Notes: generated from the letters alone by a model not told the origin. Shown: positions 50,783-60,733, numbered from the stretch's first letter. The stretch is 64,000 bases of DNA from Candidatus Nomurabacteria bacterium (GCA_052035405.1 JBPOHQ010000006.1:8039-72038); one strand, 5' to 3'. Program-made: numbers and translations.

Positions 50783-50852
50783 CGCCTCTCAGATTCGAAC
50801 TGAGGACCTTCGCTTTACAAAAGCGTTGCTCTACCAACTGAGCTAAGGCGGC
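50780..50852 (-). tRNA. tRNA-Thr(UGU)
   Basis: GCCGCCT/AGGCGGC acceptor stem, TAGCTCAGTTGGTAGAGC D-arm, TGT anticodon, GTTCGAATC; U discriminator; no CCA. Confidence 0.96.
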
Positions 50853-50886
50853 TTATATACCTATCTAATCTACACTAAATCCTTTT

Positions 50887-51297
50887 TTAATTCAACCCCT
50901 CTTCTGCTTTTATTTTTTCCTTTATGATACGTATCTTACTTTTGTAATCTCCTATGATTTTTAAGAATTTTGAAGCTTGTTTTCTCTCTGATACTAATTT
51001 ATTTTTTGAACTATATTTTTGATGAATCTTATGTACCATATTTTTAGCAATCTGATATTTATTTTTCAATAAATGAGATAATTTTATATATATTCTAATG
51101 CTTACTACAAGAATAATATATCCATAGATTTTAAACTTTTTTATGGCTATAACTTTGATTTCTTCTAAATCTGGGACATCAAGAGTCAGTTCTGTTCCCG
51201 CATGGGTTTTTAATTCTTTAAGCAATATCACTCTTCTCATAACCATAAAGGCTATAGCAAAGAGTGATATAAAAAATAAGGATAAATAAATATACAT
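50887..51297 (-). CDS. Hypothetical basic membrane protein
   Basis: Two hydrophobic segments, Lys-rich, downstream of tsf. Confidence 0.6.
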   Translation of the reverse strand: MYIYLSLFFISLFAIAFMVMRRVILLKELKTHAGTELTLDVPDLEEIKVIAIKKFKIYGYIILVVSIRIYIKLSHLLKNKYQIAKNMVHKIHQKYSSKNKLVSERKQASKFLKIIGDYKSKIRIIKEKIKAEEGLN

Positions 51298-51322
51298 TGT
51301 CTAAGTTGCTTAAAGCTATCTA

Positions 51323-52102
51323 TTAGATAGAGTATCTTTTAACAGATGTTATTTTTGCTTTATTTTGGTCTAAGAGTTGTGCAATGGTTTGATCACTGTT
51401 TTTAATGAAAGGTTGATCCATGAGAGTTTTCTCTTTAAAATACGTAGCCATCTTACCTTCAAGCATTTTTTTCTTGATATCTTCAGGTTTGTCGATGTTT
51501 GCTACTTCTTTAGCAAATATCTCATTCATTGTTTGTTTAATTTCGTCATTTACATCAGATGATGTTATGTATTCAGGTCTCATAGCAGCTACGTGCATAG
51601 CAATATCTTTTGCGAGTTCAGTATTTCCGCCTTCTAGAGATACAATAACAGCACTTTTGCCTTGGTGAACATAATTACCAACAACAGGACCTGTAACTTC
51701 AAAAACTTCTCCAAGTTCAACTTTTTCTCCAGTTTTTTGTATTACTCCATCAATCATCTCTTTTGAGTCTTCTTTCATTTTGTCTATTCCTTCGTTTAGG
51801 GCTTTATCTGTCAGATCAGAAAGAAGTTTTAAAAAGTCCTCATTTCTTGAGACGAAATCAGTTTCACAGTGAAGAGCAACTAATACAGTCTTCTCTCCAG
51901 CATTTTTAACAGATACAGCACCATCAGCTGCGTTTCTGTCTGCTTTCTTAAGAGCGATGTCAGAACTGGTTTTCTTTAAGATTGCGACTGCTTTTTGCAT
52001 ATCGCCTTCAGCTTCTTCTAGGGCCTTTCGACATTGCATCACGGAAATACCTGTTGCATTTCTAAGTTCCTTTACTAACTCAGTTGTTATTTGTATTGAC
52101 AT
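51323..52102 (-). CDS. tsf: Elongation factor Ts
   Basis: VKELRNATG, CETDFVSRN, DIAMHVAAM. Confidence 0.96.
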   Translation of the reverse strand: MSIQITTELVKELRNATGISVMQCRKALEEAEGDMQKAVAILKKTSSDIALKKADRNAADGAVSVKNAGEKTVLVALHCETDFVSRNEDFLKLLSDLTDKALNEGIDKMKEDSKEMIDGVIQKTGEKVELGEVFEVTGPVVGNYVHQGKSAVIVSLEGGNTELAKDIAMHVAAMRPEYITSSDVNDEIKQTMNEIFAKEVANIDKPEDIKKKMLEGKMATYFKEKTLMDQPFIKNSDQTIAQLLDQNKAKITSVKRYSI

Positions 52103-52114
52103 ACTATTTATTTG

Positions 52115-52828
52115 TTAAGCTTTTAAATTTTGAGTCCCTTCAGTGCTCTTGTAAGCAGCTGTGATTGCGTTTGTGAAAAACTTGATAGACATAGTTCCAG
52201 CGTCGTTTGCGAGTATTGGGTAATCTATACCTTTCATGTTTGAATCAGAATTAAGTAGTGCAATAACAGGGACATTTGAAGTTTTGCATTCAGCAAGAGC
52301 GATGTGTTCCTTTTTAGTATCTACGATAAACACTGCGTCTGGAGTCTTTTTAACACCAACGAGGCCGGAGTAATAACGAGAGAGTTTTTCCATTTTCTTT
52401 GCCATAACAACTCTTTCTTTCTTTGTGTACTTATCGAGTCCTCCTGAGACACTATCTTTTCGGTAATTTTCAAGTTCTGCTATTCTTTTTTTGATTTCAC
52501 TGAAGTTAGAGAGAGTGCCACCAATCCATCGTTCTGTAACATATGGCATACCGAGAGATTCTGCCATAGACATAACTGCTTCCTTTGCCTCAGGCTTGGT
52601 ACCAACAAAAAGGATAGTCTTATTCTTTGCTGCGAGGGTCTTTACGAACTCTAATGCAGCATCGAGCATGACACTCGTCTTCTCGAGATCGATAATGTCT
52701 GTTTTGTTCTTAGTTGTATAGATGTAAGAGCTGGTAGAAGGGTGTCTTCGAGACTTTCCGTAACCATAGTGTGCTCCTGCCTTAAACATATTTTCTATTA
52801 AATTTTGGCTGTTGTCAGTTTTTTGCAT
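52115..52828 (-). CDS. rpsB: 30S ribosomal protein S2
   Basis: MFKAGAHYG, IIDLEKT, FVGTK, RWIGGTLSN, AND; start set at ATG 52828. Confidence 0.95.
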   Translation of the reverse strand: MQKTDNSQNLIENMFKAGAHYGYGKSRRHPSTSSYIYTTKNKTDIIDLEKTSVMLDAALEFVKTLAAKNKTILFVGTKPEAKEAVMSMAESLGMPYVTERWIGGTLSNFSEIKKRIAELENYRKDSVSGGLDKYTKKERVVMAKKMEKLSRYYSGLVGVKKTPDAVFIVDTKKEHIALAECKTSNVPVIALLNSDSNMKGIDYPILANDAGTMSIKFFTNAITAAYKSTEGTQNLKA

Positions 52829-52924
52829 ATGAATCATACTATCAGAAAGTAGGGTATTTTGCAACTTCTTTAAGTCTTTATTCTGTCTTTGACCAAAAGG
52901 TATTTTTCGGTTAAGATGAGGCTT

Positions 52925-54184
52925 ATGAGACAATCAAAACTTTTCACTAAGACTAAGAAAGATGCACCAACAGACGAAGTATCGAAGAATGCTGAACTTC
53001 TCATTCGTGCTGGTTTTATTCATAAAGAAATGGCAGGAGTATATTCGTACTTACCTTTAGGTTTAAGAACTTTAAAGAAGGTGGAAAATGTTATTCGTGA
53101 AGAAATGAATGCTATTGGAGCAAACGAACTTATTATGACAGCTCTTCAGAAAAAAGAAGTATGGGAAAAAGTTGGAAGATGGAATGATGAAGTTGTCGAT
53201 GTTTGGTTTAAAACAAAATTAAAAGACGGTATTGAGCTTGGGTTAGGTTTTACTCATGACGAGCAGTTGGTAAATTTATTGACTGAGTATGTGCAATCTT
53301 ATAAAGATTTACCTCTATACTTGTATCAAATACAAACAAAATTTAGAAACGAACTTCGTGCTAAAAGTGGTATTATGCGTGGGCGCGAGTTCGTAATGAA
53401 AGACCTTTATTCTTTTACTAAAAATCAAAAAGATTTAGATATTTTTTACGAAGAGGTTAAAAGGGCTTACATGAAGATCTTTACAAGATGTGGTATTGGG
53501 CATAGAACATATATTACATTTGCCAGTGGAGGAACTTTTTCTCAGTTTTCTCATGAATTTCAAACCATATCAGAAGCAGGGGAAGATGTTGTTTATGTAG
53601 AAGAAAGTAAAAATGTTGCTTTAAATGAAGAGATTATTACAGATGAGATTTTGAAAGAATTGGGTGTAGAAAGAGAAAATCTTGTTGCAAAGAAATCTAT
53701 TGAAGTCGGCAATATATTTAAACAGTCTACTAAATTCACTGATCCTTTTGACTTGTCTTTTCAAGATGAAAAGGGGAATAAAAATTCAATTTATATGGGG
53801 GGTTATGGTATTGGTGTTACTCGCCTTATGGGCACTATTGTAGAAGTACTGTCTGATGACAAAGGTATTATCTGGCCTGAAGCCGTGGCTCCATTCAAGG
53901 TGCATTTACTTGTATTGGGTGAAGATGAAGCGGTTAAAATGGAAGCGAATAAAGTTTATGAAAAGCTTTTAGAAAATGGTGTTGAAGTTTTGTTTGATGA
54001 TAGAGTCGGTATGTCACCAGGCGAGAAGTTCGCGGACGCAGATTTACTTGGTATGCCTGTCCGAGTGGTTGTCTCTCTTCGAAGCATGAAAGAGAATGGC
54101 GTTGAAGTAAAGAAACGTACAGAAGAAAAAGGGCAAGTCGTAGGATTAGAGGAGTTACTAAAGACTTTAAAGGATAATGTTTAA
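52925..54184 (+). CDS. proS: Prolyl-tRNA synthetase (no editing insertion)
   Basis: MRQSKLF, LLIRAGFI, KFRNELRAKSGIMRGREF, GGYGIGVTR, anticodon-binding domain. Confidence 0.95.
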   Translation: MRQSKLFTKTKKDAPTDEVSKNAELLIRAGFIHKEMAGVYSYLPLGLRTLKKVENVIREEMNAIGANELIMTALQKKEVWEKVGRWNDEVVDVWFKTKLKDGIELGLGFTHDEQLVNLLTEYVQSYKDLPLYLYQIQTKFRNELRAKSGIMRGREFVMKDLYSFTKNQKDLDIFYEEVKRAYMKIFTRCGIGHRTYITFASGGTFSQFSHEFQTISEAGEDVVYVEESKNVALNEEIITDEILKELGVERENLVAKKSIEVGNIFKQSTKFTDPFDLSFQDEKGNKNSIYMGGYGIGVTRLMGTIVEVLSDDKGIIWPEAVAPFKVHLLVLGEDEAVKMEANKVYEKLLENGVEVLFDDRVGMSPGEKFADADLLGMPVRVVVSLRSMKENGVEVKKRTEEKGQVVGLEELLKTLKDNV

Positions 54185-55223
54185 AAAATTCTACAAATTA
54201 ATTTCAAATGATATTGGTATAGATTTAGGTACTGCAAATACTCTCGTCTATCTCAAAGGGCACGGGATAGTTATTAATGAGCCTTCAGTAGTCGCAGTTA
54301 ATATTAAGACAAATCAAATCCTAGCTGTTGGAGATAAGGCAAAAGAAATGCTTGGTCGCACACCAGGGCACATTCGAGCGATTCGTCCACTTGTCGACGG
54401 GGTCATTTCTGATTTTGAAGTAACAGAAGAAATGCTTTCATATCTCATTAATAAAGCAGATAAAATTGCTCCAAAGATTTCTCGTCCACGAGTTGTTATA
54501 GGTGTACCTTCTGGAACCACAAATGTTGAATCTCGTGCTGTGTACGACGCTGCTCGCAATGCTGGAGCCCGGGAAGTGTATCTCATAGAGGAACCAATGG
54601 CTGCAGCTATTGGGATACGTTTACCTATTAAAGATCCAGTAGGTTCTATGATTATAGATATTGGTGGAGGGACGACAGATATTGCTGTTATCTCATTAGG
54701 TGGAATTGTTAAATCCAACAATTTAAAAATAGCGGGTGACAGATTGAATAATGACATTATTACTTATATGCGTGATGAATTTAAGATTTTAGTTGGAGAA
54801 AAAACAGCCGAGATGGTTAAGATGGCTATCGCTTCTGTAATTCCTGGTCCTTATATGGAGGCAGAAGTACGAGGTCGTGATTTACTTACCGGACTTCCTC
54901 GTGAAGTAGTTGTGACTGATTCTGATATTCGTGAAGCTATCTCTGCATCTGTACGAGAACTTGTTGAAGGGGTAAAAGATGTACTTGAAAATACTCCACC
55001 TGAAATACTTTCTGATGTGATGCGTCGTGGTATTACGCTCTCTGGAGGAGGAGCATTATTGTTAGGTCTCGACAGATTACTCCAGAGTGTTCTTAAAATT
55101 CCTATATATGTCGTTGATGATCCACTTTCAGCTGTAGCACGAGGGACCGGGGTTGTTCTCGATGACATAGACGCTTATAAAGAAGTATTGATTGGTAATC
55201 AAGATGAGTTACCTCCTCGATAA
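54177..55223 (+). CDS. mreB: Rod shape-determining protein MreB
   Basis: IDLGTAN, EPMAAAIG, DIGGGTTD, SGGGALL. Confidence 0.96.
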   Translation: MFKKFYKLISNDIGIDLGTANTLVYLKGHGIVINEPSVVAVNIKTNQILAVGDKAKEMLGRTPGHIRAIRPLVDGVISDFEVTEEMLSYLINKADKIAPKISRPRVVIGVPSGTTNVESRAVYDAARNAGAREVYLIEEPMAAAIGIRLPIKDPVGSMIIDIGGGTTDIAVISLGGIVKSNNLKIAGDRLNNDIITYMRDEFKILVGEKTAEMVKMAIASVIPGPYMEAEVRGRDLLTGLPREVVVTDSDIREAISASVRELVEGVKDVLENTPPEILSDVMRRGITLSGGGALLLGLDRLLQSVLKIPIYVVDDPLSAVARGTGVVLDDIDAYKEVLIGNQDELPPR

Positions 55224-55995
55224 AAAAAATAAAAAGAAAAAAGTAATGAATATCAGTATACTGGTGCTTTTTTTTATTTTAATTTTTATTTTCCGTACTT
55301 CCGTATTTGGTGGACTATCTCAGTCAACGAATTTCTTGTTTAGACCGATTCTGTCAATAGGTTCCAATATTAGTGAGAACTTTGCCCGTATGCGATATTT
55401 TTTTCTCTCTAAAAAAAGTCTCTTAGAAGAAAACGGTGCTCTTAAAAAGAAGGTGTCCGAAATCGAAGCACATACTGCCAGTCACGATTCTCTAATTGAA
55501 GAGAATTTAAAATTAAAAGAAATATTAAATCGAAAGGATACAGGCACTGAATTTGTTTTAGCTACAATATTATCTAAACCAAATACATCTTTGTACGATA
55601 CTTTGCTCATTGATGTGGGTGGAGCACGAGGACTTGTGGTTGGAGATGCTGTTTTTGCTTTTGGTAATATTCCTATTGGCCGTGTCTCTGAGGTTTTTGA
55701 AACATCTGCTAAGGTTGTTTTGTTTTCAACAAGTGGTGAGAAAACTGAAGGGATTGTTCAAGGTAAAGATGTTTTTCTTCAACTTATTGGTCGTGGAGGT
55801 GGAAATTTTGAGAGTATTATCCCTCGCGATTTTACGTTAGAAAAAGGGACCGAAGTGGTTATGCCAGGAATTAAGCCATACCTTGTAGCTACCGTAGAAG
55901 GAATTCTCTCTGATCCTCGTGACTCATATAAAAAAGCAATATTTAGAAGTCCTGTAAATATTCAAGAGTTAAAATTTGTACAAGTGAGAAAATAA
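55204..55995 (+). CDS. mreC: Rod shape-determining protein MreC
   Basis: TM, coiled coil EENLKLKEIL, beta domain IDVG...IGRV; follows mreB. Confidence 0.85.
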   Translation: MSYLLDKKNKKKKVMNISILVLFFILIFIFRTSVFGGLSQSTNFLFRPILSIGSNISENFARMRYFFLSKKSLLEENGALKKKVSEIEAHTASHDSLIEENLKLKEILNRKDTGTEFVLATILSKPNTSLYDTLLIDVGGARGLVVGDAVFAFGNIPIGRVSEVFETSAKVVLFSTSGEKTEGIVQGKDVFLQLIGRGGGNFESIIPRDFTLEKGTEVVMPGIKPYLVATVEGILSDPRDSYKKAIFRSPVNIQELKFVQVRK

Positions 55996-56003
55996 TTTTT
56001 ATA

Positions 56004-57224
56004 ATGCATTTTAAAATAGAAAAAAAATTAGAAAATAGTTTGGGTAGGGTTGGGGTATTGAGTACTCCTCATGGAGATATCCTCACTCCATCTTTTGTTG
56101 CTGTGGGTACGAAGGCCACAGTAAAATCTTTGAGTCCTGACCAAGTGCGTGAAGCCGGTACTCAAGTAGTCCTTGGGAATACATATCACTTATTTTTACA
56201 ACCAGGCGATGAAATAGTTCGTGACGCAGGAGGTATAGGTAAGTTTATGAACTGGAGTGGTCCGACGATGACTGACTCCGGAGGATTCCAAGTTTTTTCT
56301 CTCGGTGCTGCGTATGGAAAAGATATTTCAAAAGTAGTAAAGATTACCGATCCATCGCTCATGATTCCAGAACGTTTTGATGATTCTGATGCTCCGAGGC
56401 TCGCAAAGATTGGACAAGACGGGGTTTCGTTTAAGTCTCACTTAGATGGAAGTATTCACTACATCACTCCAGAGAAATCTATTCAGATTCAGCACAATCT
56501 TGGTGCAGATATGATTTTTACGTTTGATGAGTGTACTTCACCGGCAGAAGATTTAAAGTATCAAGAAGAAGCGTTGGAGCGGACACATATGTGGGCAAAG
56601 CGTTGCCTGGCTGAACATATACAATTAAATACAGAAAACAAAATTGCACTATTTGGGATAGTCCAAGGTGGACGCGAAGAATCTTTGAGAAAAATGTCTG
56701 CGAAAATAATCGCTGAAATGAGTGTTGAGGGTAAACAATTTGATGGTTTTGGCATTGGGGGTAGTTTTGCAAAAGAAGATATGTCGACTGCAGTGAAATG
56801 GGTAAATGAAATCTTACCCGAAGAAAAGCCGCGACATTTGTTGGGTATAGGAGAACCAGAAGATTTATTCATGGGTATAGAAAATGGAGTAGATTTATTT
56901 GATTGTGTATTACCAACGAGACTTGGCAGAAACGGTACTATTTATACTAAAAACGGCAAGATAATCATCGGTAATACAAAGTTTCGCACTGACTACACCC
57001 CTATAGAAGCAGACTGTCAATGTTATACATGCAAGAATTATACCCGGGCTTATATTGCTCATTTATTCCACGGGAAAGAGATGCTTGCGGGTACATTAGC
57101 TTCAACACACAACCTGTATTTCATTGTTAATCTAGTAAAACGTATCCGTCAGTCAATCATAGATGACACTTTTTTTGAATTCAAAGACAGCTTTCTTAAA
57201 ACATATACACAGGATAAGATCTAG
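56004..57224 (+). CDS. tgt: tRNA-guanine transglycosylase
   Basis: NTYHL, TDSGGFQVFSL, GIVQGG, FDCVLPTR, CQCYTC...H zinc site. Confidence 0.96.
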   Translation: MHFKIEKKLENSLGRVGVLSTPHGDILTPSFVAVGTKATVKSLSPDQVREAGTQVVLGNTYHLFLQPGDEIVRDAGGIGKFMNWSGPTMTDSGGFQVFSLGAAYGKDISKVVKITDPSLMIPERFDDSDAPRLAKIGQDGVSFKSHLDGSIHYITPEKSIQIQHNLGADMIFTFDECTSPAEDLKYQEEALERTHMWAKRCLAEHIQLNTENKIALFGIVQGGREESLRKMSAKIIAEMSVEGKQFDGFGIGGSFAKEDMSTAVKWVNEILPEEKPRHLLGIGEPEDLFMGIENGVDLFDCVLPTRLGRNGTIYTKNGKIIIGNTKFRTDYTPIEADCQCYTCKNYTRAYIAHLFHGKEMLAGTLASTHNLYFIVNLVKRIRQSIIDDTFFEFKDSFLKTYTQDKI

Positions 57225-57310
57225 GTATTTACATTTCTATCGTTTCTGGTACTATAACTTTATTATTATTTTTTTTGAGCTATGGCACTCTGCATTAGTT
57301 CCGTAAATAA

Positions 57311-58714
57311 ATGGGTACAAACAAGCGGGCTTCGGCCTCAAAAAAGCTATGGAAGGTAGGTTTAAAAGATTTCAATACTCAATACTTCGACTTCAATAAG
57401 GACGGAGATCTCAACATTAAAGAGGGGCACAATATTTATAACGTTAAGTATTTAACGGAAAAATTTGGAACATCACTTCAAATACTGATGCCTTTTATTA
57501 TTGAAGAACGCCTCGAGGATTTGATGGACTTAGCTGATAGTACTATTAAAAAAATAGGCTACCAAGGTAAGTTTTTTTATCATTACCCGATGAAAGTGAA
57601 TCAAAACAGGGAAGTAGTTATGTCTATTGTTGGAGAAGGGGCTCATCTAGAGACCTCTTCATACAATGACCTGTGGCTTATAAAAAGAATGCTTGAGCAA
57701 GAGAAGTTTAATCCAGACATTCGCATTCTCTGTAGTGGACCTAAAAATGATGCGTACATAAATCTTATCGACGATCTGCAGCATAAAGGAGTAAAAATTT
57801 TCCCGCTCATAGAAGGACCAAGTGAGTTGAAGGCGTTACAACACTCAAAATTCAATGTAGGTATTAGACTTGATATGCCGGTTAAGGCGAGTTCTCATTG
57901 GAACAAGCAACTCGACCGTTTCGGATTTTCTGCAAAAGAAATACAGTCCATGGGAGCTTTTAAAAATCTAAAAATTCTTCACTACCATATCGGTTCTCAG
58001 ATTGAGAAGCCGATGGATATTTTGATTCCTATTAAGTATGCACTTAATGTATATTTCAAATTAAAGAAAACAAATCCATCACTCGATACACTCGATATTG
58101 GTGGAGGAATGCCGATTCCATATACTCGCACAAAAGGGTACACTGTAGATAAATTAATGGAAAAGATTTTTGAACTCCTTAAATCTGAATCTGACAAACA
58201 TGGTATGCCGCATCCAAATCTCATCTGTGAGTGGGGACGGTATATTGTCGCTCCCGCACAAATAACTATCTTTAAAGTTATAGACACAAAACCAATTCAT
58301 AAAAAGAAAAATGATGCAAAGAAATGGTATGTGATTGATGGAAGTTTTATGAACGATTTGTGTGACACTTGGGCTATTGATCAGAAATGGGCTATCGCAC
58401 CAGTAAATATTAATGGTGATGAAAAACTTACTGAAGTATGGCTTGCAGGAAGTACTTGTGACTCAGACGATGTGTATCGTGGCGTAGAAAATTCTGTCAC
58501 TCTCCCTGATTTTAATAGCGAAGACAGTGCAGCATCTATGTATATCGCAGTATTTGATACGGGTGCATATCAAGATGCATTGTCTATGAATCATTGCTTG
58601 ATTTCTCATCCTCAGAGAATCATTGCGGAAAACGGACATATTGTTGTTGCTCGAAAGAGAAGTACGCCCGAAGAAGTAGGTAGATCTCTTGGTTGGCACG
58701 GAGGTGGAAAATAA
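57311..58714 (+). CDS. PLP-dependent fold-III decarboxylase, arginine decarboxylase (SpeA)-like
   Basis: YPMKVNQ PLP lysine, HYHIGSQ, DIGGG, EWGR, TCDSD, GAYQ. Confidence 0.8.
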   Translation: MGTNKRASASKKLWKVGLKDFNTQYFDFNKDGDLNIKEGHNIYNVKYLTEKFGTSLQILMPFIIEERLEDLMDLADSTIKKIGYQGKFFYHYPMKVNQNREVVMSIVGEGAHLETSSYNDLWLIKRMLEQEKFNPDIRILCSGPKNDAYINLIDDLQHKGVKIFPLIEGPSELKALQHSKFNVGIRLDMPVKASSHWNKQLDRFGFSAKEIQSMGAFKNLKILHYHIGSQIEKPMDILIPIKYALNVYFKLKKTNPSLDTLDIGGGMPIPYTRTKGYTVDKLMEKIFELLKSESDKHGMPHPNLICEWGRYIVAPAQITIFKVIDTKPIHKKKNDAKKWYVIDGSFMNDLCDTWAIDQKWAIAPVNINGDEKLTEVWLAGSTCDSDDVYRGVENSVTLPDFNSEDSAASMYIAVFDTGAYQDALSMNHCLISHPQRIIAENGHIVVARKRSTPEEVGRSLGWHGGGK

Positions 58715-58715
58715 T

Positions 58716-59192
58716 ATGAAAAATTTCCTCAGTCTTTGTTTGATTGTTGTATTTCTGTCAGGAGTTTTTTTATTGGTGACCAATAAAAAAACAGCACAAA
58801 ATATCGCACCACAACACATACAGTATGTTGCTATAAACAAGGCTTTAATTAAAGTAGATGTGGTTATAACTGCAGAAGATCAAGAAAAAGGATTAGGAGG
58901 CAGGGAATCACTTGGGGAAAACGAAGGGATGCTTTTTGTCTTCGCTACTCCAGATAAACATTTTTTTTGGATGAAAGATATGAAGTTTGCTATTGATATG
59001 GTTTGGCTAGATGAGTTTGGAAGGATTGTATATATTGAAAAGAACGCCACTCCAGCATCATATCCGGAACTCTTCGGTCCTAAAAAATCTTCTAAATATG
59101 TATTAGAAATTCCTGCAGGATTCTCAGATATACAAAACATACAAGTCGGAGATAAAGCAGAGTTTCTCTCTATTACACCGACAAACAAATAA
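58716..59192 (+). CDS. DUF192-family protein
   Basis: KGLGGR...GMLFVF...FWMKDM...IDMVW...YVLEIPAG; N-terminal TM. Confidence 0.85.
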   Translation: MKNFLSLCLIVVFLSGVFLLVTNKKTAQNIAPQHIQYVAINKALIKVDVVITAEDQEKGLGGRESLGENEGMLFVFATPDKHFFWMKDMKFAIDMVWLDEFGRIVYIEKNATPASYPELFGPKKSSKYVLEIPAGFSDIQNIQVGDKAEFLSITPTNK

Positions 59193-59202
59193 TTAATACA
59201 CC

Positions 59203-59239
59203 AAAATAAAAACCCCGCATTTGCGGGGTTTTTATTTTT
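59203..59239. terminator. Bidirectional terminator
   Basis: AAAATAAAAACCCCGCA-TT-TGCGGGGTTTTTATTTT. Confidence 0.85.
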
Positions 59240-59244
59240 ATTGT

Positions 59245-60033
59245 TTATTGAACAGTTGCAATCTTTCGTGCTACCCAGATTATGAGGAATATGAGTATTA
59301 ATAGAAGTAACCAACCATAGAATGTGTTCGGTAGAAAACTTGCTCCAAAGAGTGAGTTTGCTGCATTTGCATTGTAGTTAGCAGCATTAGAAGAAATTGT
59401 GCTAGATGCGTATGGATTTGCTCCTAAAGTACTGTTAGTGCTTACAGTAGCATTGTTTGTACTTACTGTTGTGTTATTTGCATTTGAAGTATTTTGAATG
59501 TATTTAGTATCAGTAACAATGTACTTTGTATTGTGTACATACTCTGTTGTTCCTGCTGTATTTATTACTCGAGGAGTTTGCTGAACAACTACTGGTGCTT
59601 GGTAATATTGTGTGACAGCAGGGTAGTAGTATTGTTGTGTGTTTACTGGTGCTTGATATGCGGTCATAAAAGAAGAGATATTTCCTTTCATTGTTTCATA
59701 TCCATTATTTGCTACAAGTCTAAAGTAGTATGTAGTACTTGGCTGTAGTCCTTGTATGCTATATGAATAGGGAACTTGATAAGGTGCAGAACCAATAATC
59801 TCGTGTGGAGTTTGGTTTGCAAACCCTAAATCAGGATACGTACTGTATTCGAACCATACAGTGGTCGTATATCCATCTGGATTTACACTTCCATGTAAAA
59901 CTGCTCCATATGAACTCGGGGTAGAGTTTGTGGTTGTTGTATATAATGTTTGTGCTTGAGCTGATTGGCCGAAAGAGAGGACAAGTCCCAAAGCGAAGAA
60001 TGCAAAGATTCCGTTTTTGATAAAATTTTTCAT
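59245..60033 (-). CDS. Surface protein: signal peptide, FN3-like domain, Thr/Asn/Ser-rich stalk, C-terminal TM anchor
   Basis: AQA cleavage site; GSVNP..VWFEY..GLQPSTTYYFRLVA; FLPNT-TM-RK tail. Confidence 0.75.
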   Translation of the reverse strand: MKNFIKNGIFAFFALGLVLSFGQSAQAQTLYTTTTNSTPSSYGAVLHGSVNPDGYTTTVWFEYSTYPDLGFANQTPHEIIGSAPYQVPYSYSIQGLQPSTTYYFRLVANNGYETMKGNISSFMTAYQAPVNTQQYYYPAVTQYYQAPVVVQQTPRVINTAGTTEYVHNTKYIVTDTKYIQNTSNANNTTVSTNNATVSTNSTLGANPYASSTISSNAANYNANAANSLFGASFLPNTFYGWLLLLILIFLIIWVARKIATVQ

Positions 60034-60081
60034 ATCACTAATATATCATACTTTTGTTTAAAAGTCAAGCCTTGTAAATGA

Positions 60082-60107
60082 AAATCCCCTTGCGTTTAGC
60101 AAGGGGA
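60082..60107 (-). terminator. Terminator downstream of rnpB
   Basis: AAAA-TCCCCTTGC...GCAAGGGGA hairpin; U-tract on the minus strand. Confidence 0.65.
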
Positions 60108-60120
60108 CGTCCATATAAAG

Positions 60121-60451
60121 TGAGGTATCTATAAGCCGAATTCTGTACTCAAAAGAGTGATAGTTATTTATCTAGGCTAAAAATTACTCTTTAGCTCAAG
60201 CGATTCTCCCCGCAAAGCGGGGCACGATCTTGCATCCACGTAAGGATTTAGCCGTTTCATCTCAAACGTTACCATTTGAGTTTATCCAAAAGATTGTTCT
60301 CTTGGATAACCTTTCCTTTCGGAAAAAGTCGTCACTGTTCGCACCTATGTATCACTACACATGGGGATTACCCACTACGCTTGTCTATTAAAAGACTAAA
60401 TGTTCGGACTTTCCTCTGTGATTTACACCACAGCAACCATCTGATACCTCA
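60121..60451 (-). ncRNA. rnpB: RNase P RNA
   Basis: P1 TGAGGTATC/GATACCTCA, CR-I GAGGAAAGTCCG, ACAGTGACG, TGAAACGG, CR-V ACAGAATTCGGCTTA. Confidence 0.93.
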
Positions 60452-60468
60452 GCCAAATAGTATACCAC

Positions 60469-60497
60469 TTGCATTTTTTTTACAAGTATGCTATACT
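60469..60497 (+). promoter_or_regulatory. Promoter divergent from rnpB with no protein gene immediately downstream
   Basis: TTGCAT-17-TATACT with the TG extension. Confidence 0.6.
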
Positions 60498-60503
60498 GTA
60501 TTT

Positions 60504-60702
60504 GTGAGTGTGAGGTTGTCTCACATTTTTATATAACAATATATGTGCCGCAAGAGCCCCACCGCAAGGTGGGGCTCTTGTATTTAGCGTAAGGGGGTGA
60601 GCTTGGGATAGGGACCCAAGCACAAGGCCGGAGTGCGACGGTACGAGGCAGGCACGAAGAATTTTTCAGCAGAAAAATATCTGTGTGTTTTGTTTTGTGC
60701 TC
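60504..60702 (+). ncRNA. Candidate structured small RNA or REP-like element
   Basis: Hairpins TGTGAG/CTCACA, 13-bp stem with GCAA tetraloop (60551-60580), GCTTGGG/CCCAAGC, AGCACAA/TTGTGCT; locally GC-rich. Confidence 0.35.
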
Positions 60703-60733
60703 TTTATTTTTGTAATATGTTAAAATATAAAGC

